From contig CABZRL010000006.1 of assembly GCA_902528165.1 (NCBI GenBank), positions 26,346 through 90,345 of the forward strand: a DNA stretch of 64,000 bases, read 5' to 3'. Below are positions 55,990 to 64,000 of this stretch, piece after piece. The notes under the pieces were generated by a model. It was not told where the DNA came from. It was given only the letters and a program-made list of their open reading frames with translations, and searched no databases. Origin of the DNA: an uncultured Litorivicinus sp. (GTDB lineage: Bacteria > Pseudomonadota > Gammaproteobacteria > Pseudomonadales > Litorivicinaceae). The stretch's first letter is position 1. Each line of letters opens with the position of its first letter. Both the position numbers and the translations under genes were made by a program.

Positions 55990-57357
55990 ATGTTTAATTC
56001 ATTAAGTGAACGTCTTTCGAAGACACTACAGTCAATGGGTAAAAAAGCCCGTTTAACAGAAGATAATATAGCGAGTACGTTGAAAGAAGTCCGCAAAGCA
56101 TTGCTTGAAGCGGATGTTGCCTTGCCTGTTGTGAAACAATTTGTGTCTCAGGTGCGTACACGTGCGCTCGGTCGAGAAGTGCGGGCGAGCCTGACCCCAG
56201 GCCAGCAATTCCTGAAGGTGGTGCAAAGTGAACTCGAGGCAGTCTTAGGTGGTCCTTCAGAGTCATTGAATCTGGCTCAGCGTCCGCCTGCCGTGGTGCT
56301 ACTGGCTGGATTACAGGGTGCTGGTAAAACGACGACGGCTGCGAAACTGGCGAAATTCCTCACCGTCCGCGAAAAAAAGAAAGTGTTGATGGTCAGTGTA
56401 GATGTCTACCGTCCGGCTGCAATGGAGCAATTGGCGACGCTTGGAGGTCAGATTGAGGTCGATGTGTACCCATCGACGCCAGATCAGGATCCAGTGGCGC
56501 TTGCCAAGGCTGCGCGACAAAAAGCGGAAACTGCAGCATATGATGTTCTGTTGGTCGATACCGCCGGGCGATTAGGTATTGATCAGGAAATGATGCAGGA
56601 AATTTCGGGGCTGCACCAAGCGGTGAATCCCGTTGAGACGTTATTTGTGGTGGACTCGATGGCCGGTCAGGACGCGGCAAATACAGCGAAAGCCTTTTCG
56701 GAGGTGTTGCCTTTGACCGGGGTGATTTTGACCAAAGCGGATGGTGATGCACGCGGTGGTGCTGCCCTCTCGGTGAAAACCATCACCGGGCAGCCGATTA
56801 AGTTCATGGGTGTCGGTGAGACCGTGGATGGACTGGAAGCTTTTCATCCTGATCGATTGGCGTCACGGATCCTTGGTATGGGCGACATTCTCGGCCTGAT
56901 TGAGGAAGCTGAGCAAAAACTCGATAAAGAAAAAGCGGAAAATGTTGCGAAGAAGGTTTTAAAAGGAAAAGGCTTCGATTTAGAGGATTTTCGTGACCAA
57001 CTGCAGCAGATGCGAAACATGGGTGGTATGAAAGCATTGCTGGAGAAAATGCCAGGAATGGGGCAGATGGGTTCGCAAATTCAAAACCAAGTGGACGACA
57101 AGCAGTTTGTACGTATGGAAGCGGTGATCAATTCGATGACACCCATTGAGCGACGAGACCCTGAGGTCATTAATGGGTCCCGCAAGCAACGCATCGCAGC
57201 AGGGTCGGGTACGGACGTCCAAGAAGTCAATAAGGTGCTCAAACAACATAAACAAATGTCAAAGATGATGAAAAAAGTGGGCAAAAAAGGTGGCATGCAA
57301 AAAATGATGCGTGGAATCTCAGGAATGATGCCGCCCGGTGGTATGCCGCGGTTGTAA
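55990..57357 (+). CDS. ffh: Signal recognition particle protein
   Basis: GLQGAGKTT, DTAGR, DARGGAALS, Met-rich M domain. Confidence 0.99.
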   Translation: MFNSLSERLSKTLQSMGKKARLTEDNIASTLKEVRKALLEADVALPVVKQFVSQVRTRALGREVRASLTPGQQFLKVVQSELEAVLGGPSESLNLAQRPPAVVLLAGLQGAGKTTTAAKLAKFLTVREKKKVLMVSVDVYRPAAMEQLATLGGQIEVDVYPSTPDQDPVALAKAARQKAETAAYDVLLVDTAGRLGIDQEMMQEISGLHQAVNPVETLFVVDSMAGQDAANTAKAFSEVLPLTGVILTKADGDARGGAALSVKTITGQPIKFMGVGETVDGLEAFHPDRLASRILGMGDILGLIEEAEQKLDKEKAENVAKKVLKGKGFDLEDFRDQLQQMRNMGGMKALLEKMPGMGQMGSQIQNQVDDKQFVRMEAVINSMTPIERRDPEVINGSRKQRIAAGSGTDVQEVNKVLKQHKQMSKMMKKVGKKGGMQKMMRGISGMMPPGGMPRL

Positions 57358-57388
57358 GTTGTACGCAAAGTCATTATCATTGCGCGCC
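57352..57388 (+). promoter_or_regulatory. rpsP operon promoter
   Basis: TTGTAA, 17 bp, TATCAT, then TGCGCGCC. Confidence 0.65.
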
Positions 57389-57434
57389 TTTGAATTTTAG
57401 GCTCTACAACGAGCGAACACAGGATTGAGAGAAC

Positions 57435-57683
57435 ATGGTAACGATTCGTCTTTCACGCGGCGGCTCTAAGAAGCGTCCTTTCTATCACCTAACGGTGACA
57501 GATCACAGAAATGCGCGTGACGGCCGCTTCATTGAGCGCATTGGTTTCTTTAACCCAATGGCACAAGGGCAAGCAGAGCGTCTGCGTGTTGACCTTGAGC
57601 GCGTCGATCACTGGATCGGCTTGGGTGCGAAAACGTCTGATCGCGTGAAGCGTTTGATCAAGGACGCGCGTCAGGCAGCCTGA
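57435..57683 (+). CDS. rpsP: 30S ribosomal protein S16
   Basis: [17 protein letters not shown]. Confidence 0.99.
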   Translation: MVTIRLSRGGSKKRPFYHLTVTDHRNARDGRFIERIGFFNPMAQGQAERLRVDLERVDHWIGLGAKTSDRVKRLIKDARQAA

Positions 57684-58225
57684 TGGCTGATCGGATGGTC
57701 GTAGGGCGAATACGATCGCCTTATGGCGTGCAAGGCTGGGTTTGGATGGATAGTTTCACCGAACACCCAGCGACGGTGTTTGAGTGGACACCATGGGTCT
57801 TAACCCGAACAGCTGACACGGTGAGTGGACGGCCGGCGTTAGACCGGATTGAAACAACTCCAGAGGTCTGGAAGTTGCGCGACAAAGGATATGTCGTGAG
57901 GTTAGTTGGGTTTCCCGACAGAGCCGGCGTGGAATCGCTGGTCAATTGTTTGATTGAAGTGGATCAAAGCCACTTGCCACAATTAAACAATGATGAATTT
58001 TATTGGCGCGATCTCGAAGGGTGTCGCGTCGAGACAACCAGCCGACAGGTTTTGGGTGTTGTCAAAACGGTGGTCCCAACCGGCGCCAACGATGTCTTGG
58101 TGGTTCAGGGGGATGACGGCAGTATGGATCGAAAAGAGCGGTTGATTCCGTTCATCGACCAGACCGTGTTAGACGTGAATTTAACGACACGTTTGATACA
58201 GGTCGATTGGGATCCGGAATTTTAA
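57683..58225 (+). CDS. rimM: Ribosome maturation factor RimM
   Basis: [34 protein letters not shown]. Confidence 0.97.
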   Translation: MADRMVVGRIRSPYGVQGWVWMDSFTEHPATVFEWTPWVLTRTADTVSGRPALDRIETTPEVWKLRDKGYVVRLVGFPDRAGVESLVNCLIEVDQSHLPQLNNDEFYWRDLEGCRVETTSRQVLGVVKTVVPTGANDVLVVQGDDGSMDRKERLIPFIDQTVLDVNLTTRLIQVDWDPEF

Positions 58226-58962
58226 TGAAGTGGGGTGTTGTCACCCTGTTTCCGACCATGGTGGCCGATGCGTTGGCTCACGGTGTGATTGGACGAGCGA
58301 TGGACAAGGGATTGGTTGAGTTAACGACCTTTAACCCGAGAGTTTACGCCACCGATGTGCATCAAACTGTGGATGACAGGCCTTATGGCGGCGGTCCGGG
58401 AATGCTGATGAAAGTCGAGACGTTAAGAGCCTCGATTGCTGATGCGAAGACCGAACTGCCAAAGGCACCTGTCGTGTATTTAAGCCCTCAGGGTGAATCA
58501 CTGACGCAACAGTTGGTTCAGGAACTCGCGGCTCTTCCGGAGGTGATCCTGGTTTGTGGTCGTTATGAGGGGATTGATGAGCGAGTCATTGAACTCGACA
58601 TTGATCGAGAGATTTCTCTGGGAGACTTTGTGCTGTCAGGGGGGGAGCCAGCTGCTGTTGCACTTGTTGACGCAGTGGGTCGTCTGGTTCCCGGGGTACT
58701 TGGCCATGCGAGTAGCGCAGCTCAGGACTCATTCAGCGATGGTTTGTTGGATTGTCCGCACTACACGCGACCCGAAGAAATCGCGGGTTTGAAAGTACCG
58801 AATGTCTTACTGAGTGGACATCACGGTGACATTGCCAAGTGGCGCCGTAAACAGGCCTTGGGGCGGACGTGGTTACGTCGGCCTGAGATAGTGGAGAAGC
58901 AGGAGCTGTCTGATGAGGATCAGCTACTGCTGGATGAATTTATTAGGGAGTCAAAGCCGTGA
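58225..58962 (+). CDS. trmD: tRNA (guanine-N1)-methyltransferase
   Basis: [31 protein letters not shown]. Confidence 0.99.
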   Translation: MKWGVVTLFPTMVADALAHGVIGRAMDKGLVELTTFNPRVYATDVHQTVDDRPYGGGPGMLMKVETLRASIADAKTELPKAPVVYLSPQGESLTQQLVQELAALPEVILVCGRYEGIDERVIELDIDREISLGDFVLSGGEPAAVALVDAVGRLVPGVLGHASSAAQDSFSDGLLDCPHYTRPEEIAGLKVPNVLLSGHHGDIAKWRRKQALGRTWLRRPEIVEKQELSDEDQLLLDEFIRESKP

Positions 58963-58964
58963 GC

Positions 58965-59318
58965 ATGAATCCGATCATCGAAGCGCTCAACAACGAGCAA
59001 ATGAAGACAGACTTACCTGCGTTCGCGCCTGGGGACACGGTTGTGATCCAGGTGAAGGTGAAAGAAGGTTCGCGCGAGCGTCTTCAGGCCTATGAGGGCG
59101 TTGTGATTGCGAAGTCAAACCGCGGTCTACACTCGAATTTCATCGTCCGGAAGATTTCGCACGGTGTCGGTGTCGAGCGGACATTCCAACTGCATTCACC
59201 ACTGATTGACTCGATTGAAGTCAAGCGTCGTGGTGATGTTCGTAAAGCCAAGCTTTACCACTTGCGTGCCCTGTCTGGTAAGGCTGCACGTATCAAGGAA
59301 AAGCTAGATACCAAGTAA
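58965..59318 (+). CDS. rplS: 50S ribosomal protein L19
   Basis: [23 protein letters not shown]. Confidence 0.99.
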   Translation: MNPIIEALNNEQMKTDLPAFAPGDTVVIQVKVKEGSRERLQAYEGVVIAKSNRGLHSNFIVRKISHGVGVERTFQLHSPLIDSIEVKRRGDVRKAKLYHLRALSGKAARIKEKLDTK

Positions 59319-59387
59319 TTTGGAGTGACAGCCCCAGAGCCGGTCAAACTCAGCGAGTTCGCTGATGTTTTGTTGTTTCCTCAGATC

Positions 59388-59419
59388 AAGAAGATCAGCA
59401 TTCATCTGCTGGTCTTTTT
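59388..59419 (+). terminator. Intrinsic terminator after rplS
   Basis: AAGATCAGCA-TTCATC-TGCTGGTCTT followed by TTT. Confidence 0.7.
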
Positions 59420-59465
59420 GCGTTAATGCACCTCAGACTGCGGTTGCGTGCTAACCTCCAAAGCT

Positions 59466-60353
59466 ATGAATACGCGCTCAGATTTTGATGCCTATTTGGA
59501 CGCGCTCTATCTGGAGCGCGGCCTGTCGGAAACGACTTTGCGTGCTTATCGGGTCGATCTCGAGAGCGCCTCTTTATTTGCGCAGTCTCTCAATCAATCG
59601 CTGGACACACTCGCTGAGTCAGACATCAATGCCTGGATTGGCTCGTTGTTCTCTGACGGTTTAAAAATCACTTCGATTCAGCGAAAGTTGTCGGCCCTCC
59701 ACGGGTTTTATAAGTATCAGATTCGTCATCGACGGCGAGAAGACGATCCGATGGCTCGCATTCAACGGCCGTCCAAAGGTCGGCCACTTCCCAAGACGCT
59801 CTCTGAAGCCGATGTGAACAGGCTCATTCACACGCCCAATACCGACACGTTAATTGGTTTGAGGGACCGAGCGATGCTGGAAGTACTCTATGCATCAGGA
59901 CTTCGTGTGAGTGAATTGTGCAGCCTAGAGCGCTCCAATATCAGTCTTGAGCAGGGTGTTCTCCGTATCCTTGGTAAAGGCAATAAGGAGCGATTGGTTC
60001 CGTTAGGAGATGCAGCCAGGCAGTGGCTGCAACGCTACCTCCTGGAGGCACGCCCTGAGTTGCCAGATCCACGGGGGCAATCGGTATTTCCCGGTCGGAC
60101 CGGCGCACCGATGACGCGTCAAACATTTTGGCATCGATTAAAGCAGATCGCACAAGTTGCCGGGATCCATGGCGACTTGAGTCCTCACACGCTCAGGCAT
60201 GCATTTGCGACACATCTTGTGAATCACGGTGCAGATCTTCGAGTCGTCCAGCTACTTTTAGGTCATGAGGACCTTTCAACCACGCAAATCTATACCCATG
60301 TAGCTAGAGAGCGGCTCAAGCAGTTGCATACCTCACATCATCCACGCGCTTGA
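59466..60353 (+). CDS. xerD: Tyrosine recombinase XerD
   Basis: GLRVSEL, GKGNKER, HTLRHAFATH, LLGH, TTQIY; xerD-dsbC synteny. Confidence 0.96.
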   Translation: MNTRSDFDAYLDALYLERGLSETTLRAYRVDLESASLFAQSLNQSLDTLAESDINAWIGSLFSDGLKITSIQRKLSALHGFYKYQIRHRRREDDPMARIQRPSKGRPLPKTLSEADVNRLIHTPNTDTLIGLRDRAMLEVLYASGLRVSELCSLERSNISLEQGVLRILGKGNKERLVPLGDAARQWLQRYLLEARPELPDPRGQSVFPGRTGAPMTRQTFWHRLKQIAQVAGIHGDLSPHTLRHAFATHLVNHGADLRVVQLLLGHEDLSTTQIYTHVARERLKQLHTSHHPRA

Positions 60354-60388
60354 GTTACACTTCCGGTTCAATTTGAAGAGGACGAACT

Positions 60389-61102
60389 ATGCGTTGGTTG
60401 GCGTTGGTATTCACCCTAGTTTCGATCACAGTGACGGCTGACGAAGCGCGGATAAAACAAGCAATTACAGGGATCAATCCGATGATTCAGATCGAATCGG
60501 TGAACGCGGTTGATCAAACTCCTTTCTTTGAGGTCACCCTCGCGACCGGAGAACGCATTTATACCGATGCGACGGGATCACATTTTATTGCTGGAGATCT
60601 TTATCAGGTCAGCATCGGTGGAGTGAAAAATCTCACAGATATCGGTCGACGTGCGGACCGACAGGCACTTCTTAGCGGCCTTGATGAATCGAAGCTTGTG
60701 GTGTTCTCGCCGTCGGGCGAAGTGAAACATCGGCTATTGGTGTTTACAGATATCGATTGTGGATATTGCCGCCGTCTTCACAGTGAGATCGAACAATTGC
60801 TTGATAATGGAGTTGAAGTCCGTTATGCGGCATTCCCCAGAGCAGGTGTGGGTTCGGATTCTTACACCAAGTATGTCTCTGTTTATTGCGCCAAAGATCA
60901 AAACGGGGCCATGACTCGAGCCAAACAAGGCGAGACGCCTGAAGTCGCGACTTGTGATAACCCAATTGCTAACCAATATCAACTGGGTCAAAAGCTTGGA
61001 ATTACAGGGACACCCACTTTGATTTTCGAGTCAGGCGAGATGCAACCCGGTTATGCACCCTGGCAGGACCTTCTAAAGCGTATGAATCAGCTTGGTTCTT
61101 GA
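60389..61102 (+). CDS. dsbC: Thiol:disulfide isomerase DsbC
   Basis: Signal peptide, FTDIDCGYC, AFPRAG, GTP. Confidence 0.95.
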   Translation: MRWLALVFTLVSITVTADEARIKQAITGINPMIQIESVNAVDQTPFFEVTLATGERIYTDATGSHFIAGDLYQVSIGGVKNLTDIGRRADRQALLSGLDESKLVVFSPSGEVKHRLLVFTDIDCGYCRRLHSEIEQLLDNGVEVRYAAFPRAGVGSDSYTKYVSVYCAKDQNGAMTRAKQGETPEVATCDNPIANQYQLGQKLGITGTPTLIFESGEMQPGYAPWQDLLKRMNQLGS

Positions 61103-61140
61103 GCTACAATCGTGGGTTTCAACTGGACTGAGTATTATTA

Positions 61141-62340
61141 GTGGACACACGATTTCCTCGCATTGAGCGTCTTCCTCCTTATGTTTTCAACGTCATCGGT
61201 GAAATGCGTCAGAAGGCACGAGCGGCGGGCGAAGATGTTATCGATTTTTCGATGGGGAATCCGGATCAACCGACGCCGGATCACATTGTTAAAAAATTGG
61301 TCGAAACGGCTAATCGCGAAGACACTCATCGGTATTCTCAGTCGAAGGGAATACCGAGGCTGCGCCGAGCCATGGCTAACTGGTACAAAACGCGTTACGA
61401 CGTTGATTTGGATCCAGAATCTGAAGTCATCACCACGATTGGATCGAAAGAGGGGCTTGCTCACCTGGCGATGGCGACATTGGGACCAGGCGATGTAGTC
61501 CTAGTTCCAAACCCAGCTTATCCGATTCATCCGTACGGGTTTGTGATTGCTGGCGCTGACATCCGTCACGTACCCCTGTTGCCCGGCCAGGATTTCTTTG
61601 TCGAACTGGTCAAAGCGATTGAGACTTCATGGCCTCGACCAAAAATGTTGGTTCTGAATTTTCCAGCCAACCCGACGGCGATGTGCGTTGAGCTCGATTT
61701 CTTTGAAAAAGTGGTCGAAATTGCGCGTGAACACAACATTTGGGTGGTGCAAGATATCGCCTATGCGGACATCGTGTTTGATGGCTATGTCGCACCCTCA
61801 ATTCTGCAAGTTCAGGGTGCCAAAGAGATTGCAGTAGAGTTCTTTTCCCTGTCGAAAAGTTACAACATGCCCGGTTGGCGTGTTGGCTTTGCGGCCGGCA
61901 ACAAAGAATTGATTGGCGCTTTAGCGCGGATCAAGTCCTATCTTGATTACGGGACTTTTACCCCGATTCAGGTAGCAGCGATCGCAGCACTTGAAGGCGA
62001 CCAGGATTGTGTGAACGACATTCGAGACATGTATCAGTCGCGCCGTGATGTGTTGTGCGAGGGACTCAATGCATTGGGTTGGCCAGTTGAGAAACCGAGA
62101 GCCACCATGTTTGTGTGGGCCAAGATCCCAAAGCAATACCTGGAAATGGGATCACTCGAATTCGCGAAGAAATTGATCCGTGATGCCAACGTAGCGGTGA
62201 GTCCAGGAATTGGTTTTGGCCAGTACGGCGATGATCATGTGCGCTTTGCACTGATTGAAAATGAACATCGGACGCGACAGGCGCTTCGGAATATCAAGCG
62301 CTTATTTCGTGTCGAATCCACTATGACCCAAACTTTCTAA
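61141..62340 (+). CDS. alaC: Alanine transaminase (class I/II PLP aminotransferase)
   Basis: [26 protein letters not shown]. Confidence 0.9.
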   Translation: MDTRFPRIERLPPYVFNVIGEMRQKARAAGEDVIDFSMGNPDQPTPDHIVKKLVETANREDTHRYSQSKGIPRLRRAMANWYKTRYDVDLDPESEVITTIGSKEGLAHLAMATLGPGDVVLVPNPAYPIHPYGFVIAGADIRHVPLLPGQDFFVELVKAIETSWPRPKMLVLNFPANPTAMCVELDFFEKVVEIAREHNIWVVQDIAYADIVFDGYVAPSILQVQGAKEIAVEFFSLSKSYNMPGWRVGFAAGNKELIGALARIKSYLDYGTFTPIQVAAIAALEGDQDCVNDIRDMYQSRRDVLCEGLNALGWPVEKPRATMFVWAKIPKQYLEMGSLEFAKKLIRDANVAVSPGIGFGQYGDDHVRFALIENEHRTRQALRNIKRLFRVESTMTQTF

Positions 62341-62350
62341 GGATAGATTC

Positions 62351-63661
62351 TTGAAACCTATGTCTGTTGGCCTTGTTGGCCTCGGTACCGTCGCTCAAGG
62401 CACACTGAATGTGCTTGCTAATAATCGTGAAGAACTGGCTCGTCGTGTGGGTCGTGAGATTCAGATTACCCACGTCGGTGCGCGGCGAGATCGTGATGGG
62501 GTCGATTTATCTCAAGTGAAGGTGTCGCGGAATTTGATGGACGTCGCGCTTGATCCGGAAGTGGAAATTTTTGTTGAGCTCATTGGTGGATGTGATTATG
62601 CGCTGGAGCTCATCGAGGCCGCGATTGATGCTGGCAAACATGTGGTGACAGCGAACAAGGCGTTGATCGCAGAACACGGGAATGCGTTATTCGAGAAAGC
62701 TCAGGCCAAGGGTGTGACGATAGCGTTTGAAGCCTCGGTCGCCGGCGGCATCCCAGTGATCAAGGCATTGCGTGAGGGCCTGGCGGCCAATCAGATTTGT
62801 TGGTTGGCAGGCATCATCAATGGAACCGGAAATTTCATCTTGACTGAAATGCGCGATAAAGGGCGTGATTTCGCGGATGTGCTGGCCGAAGCCCAAGCAC
62901 TTGGTTATGCCGAAGCGGATTCGACATTTGATGTCGAAGGGATTGATGCAGCCCACAAGCTTTGCATTCTCGCATCGATCGCGTTTGGCATCCCGTTGAA
63001 TTTTGCAGCGGTCTACACCCAGGGGATTTCCACCATTGATTTGATGGATCTAGATTATGCAGAAGAGCTCGGGTATCGCATTAAACACCTGGGTATTGCG
63101 CGTCGGACCGACAAAGGCGTGGAAATGCGCGTCCACCCCACATTGGTTCCCGAATCTCAATTACTAGCGAATGTGAATGGCGTGATGAACGCTGTACAAA
63201 TTCACGGAGATGCAGTGGGTTCAACCTTGCTGTATGGCCCAGGTGCTGGCTCGATGCCAACGGCGAGTGCGGTGGTTGCTGATTTGGTGGATGTTGCTCG
63301 TGTTCTGACCGCCGACCCGACCAATCGAGTGCCTCATCTGGCGTTTCAACCCGCGCACATTGATGACTTGCCGATTCTTCTAATTGAAGAAACGGTCTGT
63401 CCTTTTTATGTGCGATTGTCTGTTCGTGACGAGGTCGGTGTCTTGGCGCATATCACCAGAACGCTCGCTGATCATGACGTGTCGTTAGAGAGTGTGATTC
63501 AGAAAGACGGTATCGTCGGTGAGACTGTGGCTTTGATCTTATTGACCCATGCGGTCCATGAAAAAGATGTTTTAGCCGCATTGAGTCAGATCGAGAAACA
63601 AAGCTTCGTTCATGCAACTCCCGTGGTGTTGCGTTGTGAGACGCTAGGGGGTCCGGCATGA
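62351..63661 (+). CDS. hom: Homoserine dehydrogenase with ACT domain
   Basis: GLGTV, HVVTANK, FEASVAGGIP, GIINGT, GPGAG. Confidence 0.97.
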   Translation: MKPMSVGLVGLGTVAQGTLNVLANNREELARRVGREIQITHVGARRDRDGVDLSQVKVSRNLMDVALDPEVEIFVELIGGCDYALELIEAAIDAGKHVVTANKALIAEHGNALFEKAQAKGVTIAFEASVAGGIPVIKALREGLAANQICWLAGIINGTGNFILTEMRDKGRDFADVLAEAQALGYAEADSTFDVEGIDAAHKLCILASIAFGIPLNFAAVYTQGISTIDLMDLDYAEELGYRIKHLGIARRTDKGVEMRVHPTLVPESQLLANVNGVMNAVQIHGDAVGSTLLYGPGAGSMPTASAVVADLVDVARVLTADPTNRVPHLAFQPAHIDDLPILLIEETVCPFYVRLSVRDEVGVLAHITRTLADHDVSLESVIQKDGIVGETVALILLTHAVHEKDVLAALSQIEKQSFVHATPVVLRCETLGGPA

Positions 63662-64000
63662 AATTCGTATCAACCCGCGGACAGGCCCCGGTTCTGGGAT
63701 TTGACGATGTTGTCTTAACTGGGCTTGCCTCGGATGGTGGCCTCTATGTTCCTGAATCACTGCCAACAATCTCTGAGGCGACATTCAGGCAGTGGCAGAG
63801 TTTGCCTTACGATGCGTTAGCGATTGAGGTCATGTGGCCTTTCGTTGAGGGCTCAATGGCGCGGGAGACCTTTGAGGCGATGGTGCGTGATGCTTACCGC
63901 TCGTTTCGTCATACCGCAATCGCTCCGAGCAAACAGCTAACTCATGACACCTGGCTTTTGGAGTTGTTCCACGGACCGACTTTGGCGTTCAAGGATTTTG
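63658..64000 (+). CDS. thrC: Threonine synthase (5' part, truncated by window end)
   Basis: Read from DNA: MKFVSTRGQAP...GLASDGGLYVP...LELFHGPTLAFKDF; ATG overlaps hom stop. Confidence 0.97.
   Translation, partial: MKFVSTRGQAPVLGFDDVVLTGLASDGGLYVPESLPTISEATFRQWQSLPYDALAIEVMWPFVEGSMARETFEAMVRDAYRSFRHTAIAPSKQLTHDTWLLELFHGPTLAFKDF

Noticed and set aside
59466-60353. Tyrosine recombinase as a mobile-element integrase
   Set aside because: Sequence and the rplS-xerD-dsbC context identify housekeeping XerD; there are no att sites or cargo genes.

Overview
Almost entirely core genome of a compact gammaproteobacterium. The gene order (xerD-dsbC-alaC-hom-thrC, uvrA/ssb directly after rplQ, fabA-fabB) looks Oceanospirillales/Pseudomonadales-like, but taxonomy is inference only. 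Bases 1-31.5 kb hold the contiguous translation/transcription supercluster: tRNA-Thr, tRNA-Tyr, tuf, tRNA-Trp, secE-nusG, rplKAJL, rpoBC, and the str, S10, spc and alpha operons, with two apparently identical tuf copies. Bases 31.5-64 kb hold uvrA/ssb, an RmlD-like SDR, a GST, fabAB, a class I fumarase, a pterin dehydratase, a GshB-like ATP-grasp gene broken by three in-frame stops, acuI, a phaP-phaR-phaC cluster with visible PhaR operators, prfC, tatD, an RND pump, a divergent csrA, two Nudix genes, corB-ypjD, ffh, rpsP-rimM-trmD-rplS, xerD, dsbC, alaC, hom and the start of thrC. I found no mobile element, prophage, CRISPR array or rRNA, and no convincing wholly new system. The best leads are: the stop-interrupted ATP-grasp gene, the acuI-linked PHA cluster with an aberrant PhaC, the atypical csrA with a GGA-rich upstream region, structured spacers in the r-protein operons, and the odd codon style of the identical tuf pair.
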